NCBI GenBank assembly: GCA_951406725.2 | Contig: OX597828.1 | Location: forward strand, 12,276,001 to 12,340,000 | DNA length: 64,000 nucleotides | Reading direction: 5' to 3' | Origin: Octopus vulgaris | Lineage: Eukaryota | Shown: one piece after another, positions 39,884 through 52,729 of the stretch | Layout of the letters: the number at the start of each line of letters is the position of its first letter | How positions within the stretch are numbered: the first letter of the stretch is position 1 | The notes under the pieces: generated by a model | Told to the model about the DNA's origin: nothing | Database searches by the model: none | The model's input: the letters and a program-made list of their open reading frames with translations, nothing else | Position numbers and translations under genes: made by a program

Positions 39884-40529
39884 CCTTTGTATTAAAGGCA
39901 CAAGAACTGAAATTCCTCGGCAGAATTTAAACTGACTAAGAAAGGGAAGACAAACGAAATGCCCTCTAAGCAGTTTGCCAGGCGTGCTAACAATTTCGTC
40001 AGCTCACCATAATAATAATAATAATAATAATAATAATAGTAATCTTTTATTTATTATAAAGAATTCGAAGAAATACAATGAAATACAATATCTGTTGAAC
40101 CTGAGACTTAGAAATCCGTGTGGGGCGGGACAAACGAGTTATATGATGAGGGAAGGGAAGTTGAAATACATTATATAGTTGAAATGGAGACATGTTCAAA
40201 ATGCATAAGAACACTCTTGTAATTACATGGAAAAATATGAAATCAGTATAATAGAAATACTCAATAATTAACACAAGATGTTGTTTAATTAATTAATAAA
40301 ACACGAAAAAGCAGTTAATGTTTTTTCTTCTATATACGGGTGAGGAATAACTGGGTAGGTCAGGTTAGAACACCCTACGTCTCTACCCGCCTGTTGTCGC
40401 AAGCGCTGCAGTCTTGTGCACCCGAAAGTACTCGCTAACATTTTGTGGTGGGGATGGGTTGACTTAAGCGAGACAACAATCCACGTATTCGAAAAATGCC
40501 CTCTTTCTGTACATTGCAGTATTTCTCTA

Positions 40530-40721
40530 TTATTCTTTTATTCTTTTACATATTTCAGTCATTTAGCCGCAGCCACGCTGGAGCACTGCCTTAAAGGACT
40601 TATTCTTTGTAAGTCTGGTACTAATTCTATCGGGCTCTTATGCCGAACCGCTAAGTTACAGGAAAGAAAACACACAAGCATCGGTTGTCAAGCGATGTTG
40701 GGGGACAAACATAGACACAAA

Positions 40722-40760
<39 letters not shown>
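40530..40760 (-). mobile_element. SINE family A, 3' half (5' half at 44363-44468)
   Basis: The two halves are colinear and separated by nested insertions. Confidence 0.7.
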
Positions 40761-40797
<37 letters not shown>

Positions 40798-41042
40798 CAA
40801 CAATATAGGGTGAAATTAATTAATTTGGAATAATCATTAATTACACCAAGTAGATTTCGGCATGTAAAAGCCTCATTCGTAAAAGCCTCATGTAAAAGCC
40901 ACAGCATCTTGTCTTGGCTACACGCGGGTGGGAAGGGGTTGGTGACACAAACTTTCATTCACACTTTGAATTTGGTGATACTGGTAACGGCTTTAGCTCG
41001 CTCTGATACTGAGTTGAGATGATGCCTTCTAGTATCTAGTGT

Positions 41043-41133
41043 CCTACGCTGATGAGAAAAGAAGTTGGGTAAGACATAATTATCTAATTCTTATGCTTTC
41101 CTAAAACTTAATTTCGAAACGTACGTCCGTGGG
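41043..41133 (+). ncRNA. intact type I hammerhead with long stem II, within a 525-bp module (40795-41320) between (TA)n tracts
   Basis: cctacg-CTGATGA-GAAA...TTTC-GAAAC-GTAC-GTC-cgtggg. Confidence 0.85.
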
Positions 41134-41319
41134 TGACTTAAAATTGTATGATAGATTGCCGTCATTTCATTCTCTCTTACCTGTCTGTGTTTGCCTTGCA
41201 AGTGCTGTGTTTTTACTGAGATCTCCCTTTTAGTAGAAAGAATAGCTAAAACTCTTTGACTGCTATTTCTAAATTCGGTGTGTGGTGAGGCAATTCGTTG
41301 CTAAACCCTTAATTACTTA

Positions 41320-41385
<66 letters not shown>

Positions 41386-41386
41386 G

Positions 41387-44170
41387 CCTGAATACCTCAC
41401 CCCATGTCGTTAATTTGTTCCAGGAGAAACGACATAAGTCGAATTAACTTGTCTCTTAGCTAGGCTAGGCCGAATTTATTTGTCTTTTAGCTAAACCGAT
41501 AATAAACATTTCCAGTTTTGTACTCTATCTATGAATGCATTTTCCAAAATTAATGGTTAATAAAAACCTTTTTTAAGCTTAAAAAACAAATTCCGTAATT
41601 ATTATTTTGCAATAGTAAAGAAACTAAATTATTTTAAATTCACCAATACGTTCATACAATTTGGTAGTTTACATCGCGGATGTAGCTGGCTGTGGATCGT
41701 CCACATCAATAACTGACTCTGGCTGTTCTTGGTCGATGCGCTTAAAAATACCAGTTGAGAGTTCCTTGAACTGTCTTCTTTTCCTCGGGGATTACATTAT
41801 AAGGAGCAAAGCTTCGTTACAAGCCCCATAATCGTGGAAAAGCGTTGAGCATTTGGATCCATATTCTCGAATATAGAAAGACCTTTTTTCGATATATGCA
41901 AATGCTTGCTGTATTTTCTTAATGGTAAAGTGACGTGGCTCAGGTTCGACTTCCTCTTCTTATTTACTCTGCTGCTCGTGAAGCTCTGTGAAATCCTCGT
42001 TCGTCAAGGGTTGTTAGTCTTTTGCAAACAAGTCTGTGAAATCGTCCTCCTCCAAATCCGTTTCCAGTTCTTTGCTCGTAGTCACCAACGTTTTGTTGAT
42101 GGCAACATTATCAAACCCCTTAAAATCATTCACGAACTGCAGGAAAAGCTTGGTCCATACACCATTCATAGTTGTGCTCTGTACATTATTCTCTGCCGCT
42201 ACTATGCTCTGTACAGCCTTGTAGATATCGTATCTCTTTCAAAAGTCACGAAGTGTGATGGATTCATCAAGATCAGTTGCAGCTATTACTTGCCGAAGCG
42301 TACGCTTCATATAGTAACGCTTGAAGATAGCAATTATTTCCTGATCCATTGACTGCAGAAGAGACGTGGTGTTTGGAGGAAGGTATACGACGGTAATGTT
42401 GGGGTTCAAAATCTACGATGTTTTGCGGGTGGCCAGAAGCATTATCTCTATATATATAAACGGCAAAATGTCTGCGTACGTGTCCTTTATACAAATCCAC
42501 AATTTTTCAGTTTGAGGGCTCGCAATTTCTATGGTCATTCAAAGCCGTCCAAGGGTGGTCATGCACATCTTAACATTTCCCCAGTCACCCCACAAAGCCA
42601 TTAAAAAATCAATAGAAAAAATCAATAGAACCCAATCAAAATGCCCGAAACTTGATACGCCAATTGAATGCCAGCTAGCTGTATGTGATTGGTCGGAGAT
42701 TTGGACAGTACTCGCGTGTATGTGCGCATACAAGCATCTGTATATGCATGCACTAGCACTATGACCCGGCGTTGTCGGGTCATAGTGTTAGTCTAAGATA
42801 AGTAAAACCTTAAAAGGAATTCCCTTCTCCTTGTAGTACTTCTCTGCTGCTGGGAGAAAGTGATGGAAGAACCAATCTTCAAAAACAACGACAATAATGC
42901 TTTTGGATTAGCCATCCATATAACAGGGTGAGATGCCTTGTGTATGTTTTTCAGGGCACGAGAGTTGTGTACATGACACACAAGCAATTGTTTTAACTTA
43001 AAATCTCCTGCACGGTTATCTCCCAACATAATAGCCACACGTTCTTTTGAGACCTTGTAACGTGGAATTGTCTTTTTCTCCTTGGAAATGAATGAACAGT
43101 CAGGCAATTCTTTCTTATAAAATCCAGCTTCGTCTACGTTAAAAATCTGTTCGGGAAGAAACCCGTTTTCTTCGATGATTTTCGTTAATGAATTAGGAAA
43201 TTTCGTTATTGCTTGTTCGTCATCTGATGCACTTTCACCTTGCTTCTTAATGGTGTGATAACTTCTTCGCTCATTAAATTTCATGAACTATCCTTAACTT
43301 GCTTTGAACTCTACATCTTTCTAATCTGGATATGTTTTTTCAGGTCTTCAAACAAAGACAATGCTTTCTCTTTAATGATTTCTTGACTAATACTAGCGCG
43401 CTGACTATTCAACCTAACAATCCAAAGAGAAAGAAGGCTTTCTATTTCTTCAAAGATTTTGCTTCTTTTCTTAATGATGAGAGTTTTTTTCATCCCTGGA
43501 GCTTCAGATTTGATATGTGCTAAAATCTTGTCCTTATGATGTACAATCGTCGATACAGTTGTCCGACTCATCCCAAAAGATCGCACAATTGCTACCACTT
43601 CTTCACCTTATTCATGGCGTTTTATCATAGCCAATTTATCTTCCAGCGTTATAGCATGACGCTTAGCGCTTTCACTATGAATTTTCTTATGAGCCATGGG
43701 TGGGGCAAAAAATAAAATCACAAATGAATGAGAATGTAACCGATAAACAGACGTAAACAAGTCTGAATTCAAAACAATCGCGGGAATCACGAGTGACAAC
43801 GACGCCTAACGCTAAATATTGGAACTACGATGCAATATGAGTTCAGAAAGACCGATAAATATGTCAACACAGCTGATTTCAAGATTTCGTTCACTAATCT
43901 ACACTACTTTACGGTGTGTATCTTAACATTTACTGAACGTATTTTAATATGGTTTTATATGCTTTTATTCTTATTTATTGTACAGTAATATGATTTTGTG
44001 TTTTTAACGGTTTTCAGGTGATTTTACGATTCCAATATTTGTGCGGGGCAGACATAAAAGTCGAATAAAATGACTTAACTTGATTTTTATTTTTCAATAT
44101 ATTATTGTTGAAAACCGACGTATAATCGAAAACGACTTAAATAAAAACAACCTAACTCGAAGCATGCCTG
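41387..44170 (-). mobile_element. Tigger/pogo DNA transposon with pseudogenised transposase (CENP-B HTH + DDE_1)
   Basis: Fragments KRHAITLEDKLAMIKRHE, FGMSRTTVSTIV, EQIFNVDEAGFY and LILDNASGHP. Right end reads CAGGCATGCTTCG on the minus strand. TA flanks; left TIR degenerate. Confidence 0.9.
42445..42791 (+). mobile_element. non-autonomous Helitron inserted in the Tigger transposase
   Basis: 5' TC, 3' TTAG, subterminal hairpin ctagcactatgacccg...cgggtcatagtgttag, insertion at A|T with no TSD. Removing it restores the VLLILDNA codons. Confidence 0.85.
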
Positions 44171-44529
44171 TATATATATATATGTGTGTGTATGTATGTA
44201 TGTATGTATGTATGTATGTATGTATGTATGTATGTATGTATGTACGTATTATATATGTATGTACGTATTATATATGTATGTATGTACGTATTATATATGT
44301 ATGTATGTATGTACGTATATATGTATGTATGTATGTACGTATTATACATGTTTGTATGTATATACGACGAGCTTCTTTCAGTTTCTGTCTACCAAATCCA
44401 CTCACAAGGCTTTGGTGAGTCCGAGGCTATAGTAGAGGACACTTGTCGAACGTACCACACACTGGGACTAGACATTCTGTTTTTCATGTGCCTCCTATAT
44501 TCTAAATCTAACTGGGTCCCAGCATGTCT

Positions 44530-45230
44530 GCTATACACCTTACACGACAAATATATGACCGTGTCTCTTAAATGTTGGTTGGATTTTTCTGAAGAACGGT
44601 GAATTTAATACATCGCCCTTCTGATAAGTTTTCATTTTTTGATCTGAGAAAGGACAACATTTTATAATTCTGAGGAGAGGTTTCAGCACAGTTGTGAAGT
44701 GGGGTGTCATTGTTGATGGAGTCGTTACCAAGAAGTTGGAGCTGTGGACTTCGCTACAACACGTTGAAGAGGCGCGAAGGCGATATTCTAACAGCCTAGT
44801 CCCAGAAGAATCACTTGACGAAGGCAAAAAGCTCCTAAACAGGCTCAGACATTCTGCTAAGCCGGGGGCAATCTAGTTCTTCTGAGATGAAAAGAACTTA
44901 AGCCAAAACCTGTTGCAAAACACCCAAAATAGGTGACTTGTCTAAAATCCATGTGCTGCTCCACGTATCATGAAAATCAAGTTTTCTCAAACTGTGATAG
45001 TCTATAGAGACGTTATGCCGACCAACATCTTTGAACAGGATCTTAAGTTCAATTCGGACAGCTCTGTGAAACCGCTGGAGAGGGTTGTTGCAGGAAGACC
45101 ATGTGTATGACGACAGGAATTGGTTACTTGCCATACCTCCAAAAAGAGTCAGGGGTGGTTATTGAAGAATTTCTATGACTTCACAGGCACTAATTTTTGG
45201 CCTCCTAAATCCCCTGATTGTAATCTTAGC
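44530..45230 (+). pseudogene. decayed Tc1/mariner (maT-like) transposase
   Basis: Fragments KKLLNRLRH...FFxDEKN and CHTSKKSQGWLLKNFYDF...FWPPKSPDCN. Confidence 0.7.
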
Positions 45231-45413
45231 TGAAGGCGGTTACTTTGGGAAAACCGTTATCTCCTAGTTGTAAACTACTTGAAATGCTTTGATTTTTTTT
45301 TAATGCTTCCATTTTTGGATGGAACATTTTTTTCTTTTCGTTTTAATAAAACTGTCAAATTTATTTCGAATACACTATAAATATACATATACACACATAT
45401 ACACACACACACA

Positions 45414-45460
<47 letters not shown>

Positions 45461-45518
45461 ATACAGACACACACATATAGACATACACACACGTATGCAT
45501 ATATATATATACATATAT

Positions 45519-46473
45519 AAAGAGTTGGACAAAATCATGGAAACACCTACCATCACAGCATTATAATTTTGAAGTATTTATAAAACCATTGAAAACTTAT
45601 TTATTTTTATGCTTTTTTATCTATTATTAGTGTTGCTTAATATGCTTGCCAACATTGATGTTTCTTTTCAGATATCATTAGAAAAAGGTAATTAAATTTC
45701 ATTAAAATGACAGATATATCGGACTTTCAAAGAGGTCGAATTGTTGGTACTTGTATGGCAGGCGCTAGCGTAACAAAAACTGCTGAAATGTCTGGTATAT
45801 CAAGAAGTACTGTCTCGAAAATAATGACAGCCTTTGAGAAAGAGGGAAAAACCTCCTCGTCGAAACGAAACTCCAGAAAAAAACCACAACTTTCAGATAG
45901 GGACCGTCAGACTCTTACGCGAATTGTTAGGAAGGATCACAAAAGTACAGCTCCCAAAATTACTGTAGAGCTTGAAGACCACATCGAGAACCCAGTTTCC
46001 ACAAAAACTGTGCACTGGGAGCTGCGCGAAGCCAAATTTCACGCGAGAGCTGCAATTAGAAAACCACTACTTTCAAAAACAAACTTTGCAAAACATTTAG
46101 AGTGGAGTAACAGACCTACAGAATTGGTCACTAGAGCAGTGGAAGAATGTTATTGTCTCCTTTACCTTATTTCCGACCACCGGCCGAGTATACGTGTGGA
46201 TATAGCCAAAAGAAGCATTTGACTCAGACTGCATTCTTACAACTGTTAAACATGGAGAAGGATCTGTGATGATCTGGCGGAGCTATATCTTGTAAATCCG
46301 CTGGACCAATGGTTTCCCTTCGTGGGAGAATTAATAGTCAAGACTATTTAACCATTTTATCTTATCAAATTCATCCTATGGTTGCGGAATTGTTTCCGGA
46401 GGGAAACGAATCTTTCAGGATGATAATGCACTAATTCACACAGCTAAAGTTGTTACTGAATGGCATGAGGAAC
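45519..46473 (+). mobile_element. Tc1-like transposon, 3' truncated and frameshifted
   Basis: ORF 45707-46222 has a paired-like HTH (DFQRGRIVG...SRSTVSKI...). Downstream are TVKHGEGSVMIW and FQDDNALIHTAKVVTEW. Left TIR agagttggacaaaatcatggaaacacc. Confidence 0.9.
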
Positions 46474-46530
46474 GGTAGTATTCGTCCTATTTTCCTGAAC
46501 TGAAATGTTAGCTTAGCGATAACTATTAAG

Positions 46531-46565
<35 letters not shown>

Positions 46566-46620
46566 CACACACACACATATATATATATACACACACACAT
46601 ATATATATACACATATATAT

Positions 46621-46671
<51 letters not shown>

Positions 46672-46776
46672 GTTAATCCAAACATGAAAACACGAAGAGA
46701 AAACACAACAACGCGAGGACGTGGAACAAATATAGTATTATTGGACGCTCAGGAAGGAAGGAAGGGAAGAAGGATG

Positions 46777-46811
46777 GTTTTACGTTTCGAGCGGAGCTCT
46801 TCGTCAGAAAC
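46777..46811 (-). ncRNA. ultra-minimal type I hammerhead (loopless stem III) in a Penelope-like fragment (46670-46885) within (TA)n
   Basis: Minus strand reads gttt-CTGACGA-A-GAGC tcc GCTC-GAAAC-GTA-aaac. Confidence 0.75.
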
Positions 46812-46882
46812 ATAGGAAAAGGAAAGATCCAGGGAAGGGAAGACGGAGGAAAAAAAATTTCCAACGGTACACACGCGGTCAC

Positions 46883-46937
<55 letters not shown>

Positions 46938-48317
46938 TATGCACATTACAGGGAGCAAAATATCGTCCCGACAGCGGCTAGTCAAACGCCAGATATGTTT
47001 CGACTCTATTAGGCCTGGTGAATACTGTGTACGCGCGGCGAGCACCATACCTACTCGAGATTTGTCGCCTCCGATATAGGAAACAGTAAATAAGACATTC
47101 ACCGATGCTGTGAATAAGCGCCATACTGAATAAATAATACAGTGTACGCAAAATGAATCAGTATTAAATTAAAGTAGCAGTATTAAATTAAAATATTAAA
47201 TTAAAATAGTATTAAATTAAAATAGCTAAGCAGGCGGTTGTTTGAGAATATATGCCGTTGGTAAAGCCTAACAAGGCTGAAATAGATGAAGTGCTCTCGC
47301 TAGCCGTTGCGGAGACGGTTTTTCATCTCCGTCCGATGTATATTGGGTTTTTAAAAACAACACGTCAGCTAGAAGTTTCATCTCGGACGAAAACCAATGT
47401 GATTTGCCTGTCAATGGTGTATAAATTATGATACATTGATGGTTATATTTATTTGATACTACCCCTAATGCGTATATCAGATAATAAATACCCTTTTCTT
47501 TACTGGAGCTAGCATAGTGTAATTTAGATAGATTAGATAGTTATTTGCAGGATTTTCATCAATGATGTGTTAAGTCTCCTTCGTAGGCTTTCATCGTTTA
47601 GTTTCATTTGACTAGTCAAAAGGATTGGAACTCATAGTAAATAATAAGAACCTGGCTCCCTTCAAATCTGCCAACTCAGTGACCCTCAAGACAATAAACA
47701 TAGTGGTACCTTGTTGAGAACCATCAAAGGGTTTGTCATCGTCCAATTGGAAAATAGAACTTTGTGACATTTATAACTTCTTCGGTGTATTAAAAACGGA
47801 GATGAAAATGTAAACACTTAGCTGAGAATTGAAACCGTATCACAGATTCTCAGTTCGCCAGGAACTATCACCTTACGAAATTTTACTGATGAACATGGTT
47901 GTTCGTAAAGAAAGTGTCAAAACATGAGCCGAAAAATTATTTCGTTTGCATCATCGAGCGGAGAACTCGCTTCACACAAATCCGTAGCTATGTCACTACA
48001 AACTTGTACAGTTTTATAGTACAGAGCAAAGCTTTGTTGCTTGCAGTAGCACTCTCTAGCCCCCACCCCTTCATGTACCGACAATGGTATAACACATTAA
48101 CGCATAAACATTTAGTCAGCTGTTTTCCAAGTACGGGCTTTAGAAAAAAATAAAATAAAGAAGGGAAAAAAGCGGGAGATAGAATCGAACTCATGGGTGC
48201 GGCACTTAATGAAACGAGGGACGGTAAACAGAGGTATTATACATTGGCGAAAGAATACGAATGATAATCAGATTTAAATGTCGAGCGCAACACCAACCAG
48301 TTACAAGTAAATATATA

Positions 48318-48427
48318 TAAGCGCGCATTATATATATATATATATATATAAGCGCATGTATATACATATATATATATATATAAGCATAAGCGCATGTATA
48401 TATACATATATATATATATATAAGCGC

Positions 48428-48468
<41 letters not shown>

Positions 48469-48471
48469 CGC

Positions 48472-48510
<39 letters not shown>

Positions 48511-48513
48511 CGC

Positions 48514-48548
<35 letters not shown>

Positions 48549-48622
48549 CGCATGTATATATATATATAAGCACACGTATATATATATATATATACACATA
48601 TATATATATATATATATAAGCG

Positions 48623-48668
<46 letters not shown>
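48318..48668. repeat. minisatellite of AAGCGCATG spacers in variable (TA)n
   Basis: About 9 units of taagcgcatg(ta)n or close variants. Confidence 0.9.
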
Positions 48669-48671
<3 letters not shown>

Positions 48672-51600
48672 GTGTGTGAGAGTTTGTGTGTGCACTAGAG
48701 GGGAGAGAGGACGCAAGAGAATGTAACTGGTAATGATATCATTGGTGGGTAGCTAAGTATTAGAAGGAGAAAGAAGAAAAAATATTCAACTCTACAGGAT
48801 CACTCAGTTTAGTGCTAACAAACAAAATTATTCTCCTCCACATTCACTCCTTACTGCTATGTGGTTGTACTTAAGTGTCTTACTGCTTTCGGGACTAACG
48901 TCTGCAAAGGTTTGTAACGTATCTATACTTTCCATCAACCTATACTGTTCTTAATAAATGTCGTTGATTCTCATGTAAAATGTTAAACTATATCAAAACT
49001 TGAATAGAAAAATATATACAATTATAGAGATGTATATGCACTGAACATTTTCTGCTAACATATTTTTATGTATTATTTTCATACGTTGCTTTTTTAAATT
49101 AGAAAACCGCATGTCCCTCTCGCTTACATGATTCGCATGTAAATAAATAGATGCACATAAATAAAGACACTGTATATGTAAACACACACAGTCACTATAC
49201 ATCTGAACATAAAAAAAAACAGGCAGGCTACATCTAAACATGTTCGAATTTCTGCTTACTTCCACTAATCTAGACACAAATCAAGCTCTTAATTAATTAT
49301 AAAACACTTCAAAATGATGAGTATTTAAAATATCCTGCTTTATTAAGCAAGTATTTTTATGTGATATTTAATTTTTTTTTTCTTTTCAATATACTTGTCT
49401 TCTAATTTCGTCTTTGAGTTTTGCGGAAAATCCTCTAATTTAGTAAATGCATAATAATCAAGGTGTACTCGCACGTATGGTTATTGAAATCTTGTATATT
49501 ATTGAGTAAGCATTGATTGAAAAATAATTATTTGAAAGTAGTAGGAATTGATTTAGAATATTTGTATTTTATTTCACTTTCGTACATGAATATTATTAAT
49601 TTCAGGAAAATTTTATCTCTGTCAACTGCATTTCAGCAACTCCTACGCTGCTATGCAACCGGTTAGAAACATCAGCCAAATGTTCTTCAAATCACAAGGG
49701 GTTAAAATAAAATAAAATAGGGTTTACATCGGATGACGTTGTCTTACATAGACTATACCTTACAACCTGACAGAAAAGCCACGACATGAAATCCTTTTAT
49801 TATAAGTTTTCTCAGTGAAGGCCTTCATGTGACAAGGCCATAACAATAGATTGTAAAACGGCGAGGCTGGCAAAAGGGGTCAACACACCGGGCAAACTCC
49901 TTAGCGACATTTCGTCCGTCTTAACATTCTGAGTTCAAATTCCGCTAAGGTCTACTTTGTCTTTCAACCTTCCAGAGTCGATCATATAAGTACCAGTTGA
50001 CCACAGGGGTCGATTTAATCTACTTACCTCCTTCCCGAAATTGCTGGCCTTTCGCTAAAATTTCAAACCAATAACAACGACAACTACACTTCCAATTATT
50101 ATGATTCTTGTTCGAAGTATTTTTTTAAAGTATGTTGCTTTGGGTTTAATCTTTCCGGCGTCTATTAAAGTTGCAGTCACATACTGGGGCATATCTAATT
50201 AACAATACCCGTGTCCCCGAAATGTGAGGCTTTGTGCCAATGTAAGACATCAGTATTATATTTATAGTTATGTCTATTGACATGATAAATTTCTATCCAT
50301 CACTCTGGAATCGATAAAATAAGTACCAGTCATGTACTGCGGGCGTTTAAGTCAAAAATACTCCTACATAAGATAGATATCATTTTGGTGGAATGAGAAA
50401 AAACGATAGTGTGCTGGAAAGTATTTCTACGACATTAAACTACGTTTTTACATTTTGAGTTCTAATTCCACAGGGTGTAGTTTGCTAATGTGGTCGATAA
50501 ACAGAAAAAGTGATGTATGGGAGATTTGTTAAATTGACTACACCTGCCTCAAAAAACGTGTGACCGTGTGCTTCTATCGAAAATTGTAGCAAAAACAGCA
50601 GAACACTGGACAAAATGAGTTGCGGTGTACAGATACGTCCTATTAGATTCTAAGATGAGATCCTCAGACAAATTCTATTTTTTCATTCTTCTTACCAAAT
50701 TATACCCCGATTGTACACCACCCTATAATAATATATGGCCCTGTACCTTTATCTAGGATCTTTATTGAGAATATTGTATGGTCGATGGCATGGTACAGTT
50801 ACAAGGGTGCCAGACAACATCACTGCAAGTATTTAGCCATATTACTGTGTGTAATGAGTTCAAATCCGACCCGAGTTACTCACTGTTTCATGGTTTCTTG
50901 TCCGATAACATAAGTATCAGTCGAATACCGGAGTAGATATAATCCACCATATCCGCTTTTAAATGTTCTGCACGTGGTTCAATGTTGGATATCTGCCAGA
51001 AATCCTCTTTGATCGACGGAATTTCTGTAACAAGGAGGAAGATAAAGACAGCGAAACGTCTGTAGTAAGCTTGATCTTACTCAGGAAGTTGTGCGTTTTC
51101 ATTAAATCATATCTCCTTAAATTGTATTTGTGTTTAAAGATATATATTTAATTATTTAGTATAATTTCAGAAAAAAATTTCAGTGGATTATAATATTCTC
51201 ACACTTGCTTTTATTTATTTTTTTATAATTTCGCTTCGTTTATCCTTCCATATCTTGTAACACCTGTACGTATTGTTATTAGTACGAAAGTATGGATCAT
51301 GGTGCCAATAACATCGATATGATTTTATTTTCTCGGAGTAGTGAGTTGCTTGAATTGTTAAGTATCAGACAAAATAATTTAGAGTATTTAGTTACGGCCC
51401 TCTGTGTTCTAGGTTCAAATCTTGCCCATATTTGCCACATGCACATCCGATAAAGAACAGGTCAAGCTCTAAGATCTGTATAATCGATTGTACACTTTAC
51501 GACACCAACTCTCTGGCCTTTTAAGGAATATAAAGGGCGGTGGATCTGGAAAATTGTTGAAACTTTGATTTGGAGAGTAGGGTACTGGGTAAGATTTATT

Positions 51601-52729
51601 AGGGATGCGTTTTCCCTCAAATTTGAGTCCTTGTGTTTATATTTTTTAAAATATCATTTTCAAGCGGATGGCTATAAGCAAAGAAACCAAGAATGTCAGA
51701 GCAGATACCTATTCTGTGGTCTTTCTTTAAAACTTAGGGCAGTGAGAATTCAACTTCTATAAATGTCGAACCTATTTTTATTTAGAAGTTCATAAAATAT
51801 GTAGAAGTTGTGTTCTTCGAGGGTGAAAATGGTAGAGTATTCGAAAAAATGAATATCTCACACAGTTATGTTGCATTACCTTCTAGTTTTAAGTCTCAGT
51901 ATTGCTTTTTCATTTGTCAGGGATCAATAATAGGTTTGCCGGAGTTGAATTAGCTGGAGATGCTATTTTTCCTGCAAATGTCTGCTCTTATAATGAGGCG
52001 GTGAATTAGCAGAGTCGTTAGAATAGATGGCGGTATCTTTTCCACCTTTCTACTATCTGAGTTCAAATTCTACTAGGTTCAACGTTATCTTTCATCCTTC
52101 TGGAGTGAAGAAAAACGTACAAACGCAGGGAGAAAGTTTGGCGAAACTTTCGGGTAAGATATCTAGCAGTACCTCTTTCGGTTTTTGTATTCCGATAGCA
52201 ATGCCAGAGACACAGTACCCAAGTTGTATTGGCCAAAGTCGGCTGCTTTGCCTTTCCTTTCGATGACCATCGGTGTTGTAGAGAGGTGATACTCATTTGT
52301 ATGGGCAGCAGCCAGTCTTCCCCCCAAAAATCTTGCCCGGGTTGCACAAACATACACAGATACATTAGGCCAAACTGAGGGACCACAATAAGGTACTTGT
52401 ACAAACGGCAAAATGTAAGACACATGATTTGCAGTATTTATTTGTATGCAATTAGTTGTGTGCCTTTACGCTCTTAGTTTAAATCCCAACGAGATTAACT
52501 TCCAAGAGTGACGACAAAATGATTTTTTATTTCCCTCTAGGGAAAAACACAATCTGATATGGGGTCAGATACAACGAATGATTAAACATAATTATGAGAT
52601 TAAAAGTTTTACAAATATATCAAAAAGTTCGAATGATGAGACATACAGGAGACATTACAAATGGAGTGGGGAGACGGGTTCAATACGGACCCCACGCGCC
52701 CCGCCTCAACACTTATGCCTTGAGTTCGT

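Noticed and set aside
47875-47946. Hammerhead at CTGATGA 47886
   Set aside because: Some pairing is present (acgaaat/atttcgt, catg/catg), but the stems are not adjacent to the core and there is no proper stem III or NUH.
48318-48668. CRISPR-like repeat-spacer array
   Set aside because: The 'spacers' are only (TA)n, the context is eukaryotic and there are no cas genes.
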